Positions 61,125 through 64,000 of a stretch of DNA of 64,000 nucleotides are shown piece after piece (position 1 is the stretch's first letter; every line of letters starts with the position of its first letter). The stretch is from an uncultured Acidobacteriota bacterium (lineage in GTDB: Bacteria > Acidobacteriota > Terriglobia > UBA7540). Position numbers and translations under genes: made by a program. The stretch spans positions 64,001-128,000 of the forward strand of contig CAWDSK010000008.1 of NCBI GenBank assembly GCA_963804995.1. The letters run 5' to 3'. Below the pieces are notes generated by a model, which worked only from the letters and a program-made list of their open reading frames with translations, did no database searches and was not told the origin of the DNA.

Positions 61125-62923
61125 AAGCGTAGGGCAAGCCCTACCCCCACTTTTCACTTTTGACTTTTGCGTTTTGCCTTTTGACTTGCTTTTCTGCCGC
61201 CGCCAAACTTCGGGCGCCCTGTGGTTCGTGCCGAATCGCGGATTAACCCCGCCCCATGATCAGTAAACATAAGGCGGGAGCTATTCCCCGAAACCGCTTT
61301 GGGCGGTCTGAACGTGATGGGCCATTTATTCGATTGGGCGACTGCCACCAGTGACCTTGTGGAGAAACAGTGAACTCTTGTAAATGCGCCGCGAGATATC
61401 CATAATATGATCTTCCCTTCGATCCAATCCTGGGCTTAACCCTAAACGGAACAAGTCATGGTGACCAATAGCGGTAATCTCGATATCGGGCTCGTCGTGG
61501 GCTTTTTCGGCGGGATCGTAGCGTTTTTCCAAGGCTTCCGCGCCTACAGCAAGTCTCGCCTCCTCCAGGATACGCCAGAGACGCCCATCCGCAGTATTGC
61601 CATGGGCTTTGTGCGCATTCACGGCAAGGCCAAGAGCGACCGGCTCGTCACCAGCCCCGTCACTCACACCCCGTGCTGTTACTATGCGGTGGAGATCCTG
61701 AAATGGGAGATAAGGACGGATAGCCAAACAACTTCTTATGGGGCGGGGGAGGACAGGGGAACGTGGTTGCATTATGGAGCGGCGGCTGACGGCGGCTGGT
61801 TCTACCTCGAAGACGCCACGGGGCGCGTGCTGGTGAATCCTCATGGGGCACAGTATGACCTTGAGATGACCGGGATGCGGGAGGTCGGGGGCGCGACGGC
61901 TTCCAGCTTCGCCACCGGCGGCGTTTCCGAGAATGAGTTGCTCGCCTATGTGGCCCGCGTGGGTCTCAGCCCCATGATACCAGGGGTCCATCCCACCCTC
62001 GGAATGGCAGGGATGGGATTGGCCCTATCCAAGGACGGGAAGCGCCGAACCCCGGATGAGCTGATGCAAGGATTGCTCGGTCCCCAACTGATGCAGAGGC
62101 GGGCGCAGATGCAACAAGCGCAGGAGGACGAAGGGCCACAGTCTGATCCCTGCATTGAGGAGGTCCGGCTCGCCCAGATCGAACTCGGTAAGTATGCTTT
62201 CTGGGATCCGAAATACGAGGAGCTGAGAAGGCGCATCGTCGAAATGCAGGCGCGTAATAAAGAGCTGGGTCTGTCCAGGACCGTTGCCCTGCCGCAGCCG
62301 ACCCCGCTGATTAGCGATGTGGCAACCCCGGTTCCTGATCCGCCGGCTCCCGACCCCCCATTCGCTGGCGACTCCCGATTCTCCTTCGACTCCCCACTCG
62401 CTTCCGGCCGGTATCGCATGATGGAGTGCTGTATCCTGCCTGACCATGAATACGATATCAGCGGGACGTGCGCCGAGAATCATGTAGCCAAGGATGAGAA
62501 CGACCGCAACGTGATTAGGAAGGGGGCGAACGAACCCACCTACCTTATTTCTGCCCTGGGCCGCACGGACGTCAACGTCATGCTGCAGAGGGGGTCGCAG
62601 TTGTTGATATTCGGAGGCGGAATTGTGGCGGTATTTTGCCTGGGACTCCTGCTCCTTCGCTTCGGCATTCTCTGACCAAACAATGGCTCTCCCACCCAAG
62701 GCTTGACTCGTTATCAGTATCTTGGCGCGGAGGAGGTCGGGCAGGGTACAGGCGCTACGGAAAGGCGCAGCCTTTGTCGCCGCGGCGACCGGAGCCGCAG
62801 GTTGCTACTCGCCCATATGAGCGTAATTTGGACAAGCGTAGGGCAAGCCCTACCCCTACTTTTCACTTTTGCCTTTTGCATTTTGCCTTTTGACTTGCTT
62901 TTCTGCCGCCGCCGAGCTTCGGG
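61125..62923. repeat. 90-bp direct repeats (61125-61214, 62834-62923) containing TTTTGCC/TTTTGAC heptamers
   Basis: Near-identical copies flanking the 61458-62675 gene. Confidence 0.88.
61458..62675 (+). CDS. Membrane protein with GIDE-like domain
   Basis: TM; LQDTPETPIRSIAMGFV.I.GKA; FYLEDATGRVLVNP.GA; YR..E.CILP; C-terminal TM. Confidence 0.7.
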   Translation: MVTNSGNLDIGLVVGFFGGIVAFFQGFRAYSKSRLLQDTPETPIRSIAMGFVRIHGKAKSDRLVTSPVTHTPCCYYAVEILKWEIRTDSQTTSYGAGEDRGTWLHYGAAADGGWFYLEDATGRVLVNPHGAQYDLEMTGMREVGGATASSFATGGVSENELLAYVARVGLSPMIPGVHPTLGMAGMGLALSKDGKRRTPDELMQGLLGPQLMQRRAQMQQAQEDEGPQSDPCIEEVRLAQIELGKYAFWDPKYEELRRRIVEMQARNKELGLSRTVALPQPTPLISDVATPVPDPPAPDPPFAGDSRFSFDSPLASGRYRMMECCILPDHEYDISGTCAENHVAKDENDRNVIRKGANEPTYLISALGRTDVNVMLQRGSQLLIFGGGIVAVFCLGLLLLRFGIL

Positions 62924-63034
62924 ACTTCCAGAATTCTTACTAATTTACGGCGTCGAACACGCGGGCAAGCCCCAGACGTGCGGTTCACCTTGACAACCTC
63001 TGGGGCCTCCCCTATGATGACAGTGAGGTTGACC

Positions 63035-63367
63035 TTGTTTAGCGGCGGCTTATTCGAAATTGGTGGATTGCTGTTCATCGCCTTCCTGCTTTTCGGACCC
63101 AAGAAGGTCCCGGAAATCGCTCGCACCTTGGGCAAAGGTTTGGGGGAGTTGCGCCGCGCGTCAAATGAACTAAAGAATTCACTGGAAGAGGAAATAAAGA
63201 ATTTAGACCGCTACCAGGACACCACGAGCGCGTCCCAATCGTATCGGGAAGAGGAAACCAAGAATTCGGACCGCTATGAGGCTACCCCTAGCGTGTCCGA
63301 ACCAACTCCCACGTATGGCCACAACGATTCAGAACCCACCCCCGAAGAGCCCGGACCCCGATCCTGA
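63035..63367 (+). CDS. Twin-arginine translocase TatA/TatB subunit
   Basis: E...L..IAFLLFGPKKVPEIARTLGKGLGELRRA. Start uncertain (63014 or 63035). Confidence 0.9.
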   Translation: MFSGGLFEIGGLLFIAFLLFGPKKVPEIARTLGKGLGELRRASNELKNSLEEEIKNLDRYQDTTSASQSYREEETKNSDRYEATPSVSEPTPTYGHNDSEPTPEEPGPRS

Positions 63368-64000
63368 AGAGCAGCTCGCCGGCAAGCAGATGTCGTTCCT
63401 CGAGGATCTCGAGGAACTCCGGGTCAGGCTGCTTCACAGCATCTACTCCATAATCGTCACCACGGGTATCTGCTTTTATTTTCGCAATGAAATATACGCC
63501 TACATGGCGAAGCCGCTGACGGATACGCTCAGCCTGCTGCATTTGCCTCCCAAGCTGGTTTACACCAACCCCGTCGATCCCTTCAACCTGTACATCAAAC
63601 TATCGATCATGGGGGGGATTTTTCTCGCTTCGCCCTACATCTTATTGCAGCTCTGGATGTTTATCTCGCCCGGACTTTACCGCAACGAAAAGAAATACAT
63701 TTGGCCCTTTGTCCTGCTGACCAGCAGCCTGTTCATGTCCGGTGGCTTCTTCGCTTACAAGCTGGCTTTGCCCAAGGCGTTTCTTTTCCTCTTGGAGTTT
63801 GCCTCGCAATTCCAGCCCATGGTGACTGTCAACGAATACTGGGACCTGGCAATTTCCATCGTGGTCGCCGTGGGCATTGTCTTTGAGTTGCCCGTGGTGA
63901 TTCTGCTGCTCTCCATCTTTGGCATTGTCACGCCCAAGTTCCTCATAAAGAACTTTCGCTATGCGGTCCTGTTGACGGCGGTCATCGCCGCTGCCGTGGT
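63315..64000 (+). CDS. tatC: Twin-arginine translocase TatC (3' end outside window)
   Basis: MSFLEDLEELRVR...QLWMFISPGLYRNEKKY...GIVFELP. Confidence 0.93.
   Translation, partial: MATTIQNPPPKSPDPDPEEQLAGKQMSFLEDLEELRVRLLHSIYSIIVTTGICFYFRNEIYAYMAKPLTDTLSLLHLPPKLVYTNPVDPFNLYIKLSIMGGIFLASPYILLQLWMFISPGLYRNEKKYIWPFVLLTSSLFMSGGFFAYKLALPKAFLFLLEFASQFQPMVTVNEYWDLAISIVVAVGIVFELPVVILLLSIFGIVTPKFLIKNFRYAVLLTAVIAAAV

Overview
GC-rich bacterial chromosomal window, most likely Acidobacteriota/Terriglobia. That call is an inference from the VWFA-related protein, the fused LptF/G and the ECF sigma type. Housekeeping and envelope genes: mlaEF, pgm, recO-glyQ-glyS-ppdK, lptFG, GH57, an M13 peptidase, thrC-like, alaX, tRNA-Ala(CGC), ctpA, tatA/B-tatC. 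Regulatory modules: a GntR/ABC operon, a two-component system and an ECF sigma. An accessory block places a Sec-exported Rhs toxin with a glycine-zipper tip and a Zn-ribbon membrane immunity candidate between two paralogous TMTC-like GT-C/TPR genes. Intergenic DNA carries many repeat families, often nested. Main observations: (1) Two different palindromes, TGTCGRCGCGTCGACA (x3) and TTMAAGKAWTACTTKAA (x4 strong, x2 weak, several inside coding sequence), cluster and interleave at 23.5-33.3 kb, suggesting chromosome-organising (parS/matS-like) sites. (2) Two small nuclease-fold-like genes share a 'direct repeat-gene-direct repeat-inverted repeat' architecture. (3) MITE shells with target duplications carry REP-type cargo. 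(4) A candidate sigma54-driven sRNA. (5) Most apparent frameshifts sit at or beside CTCGAG/CTCGAAG, suggesting methylation-linked sequencing errors rather than pseudogenes. All family calls are from motif recognition only; no database searches were run.
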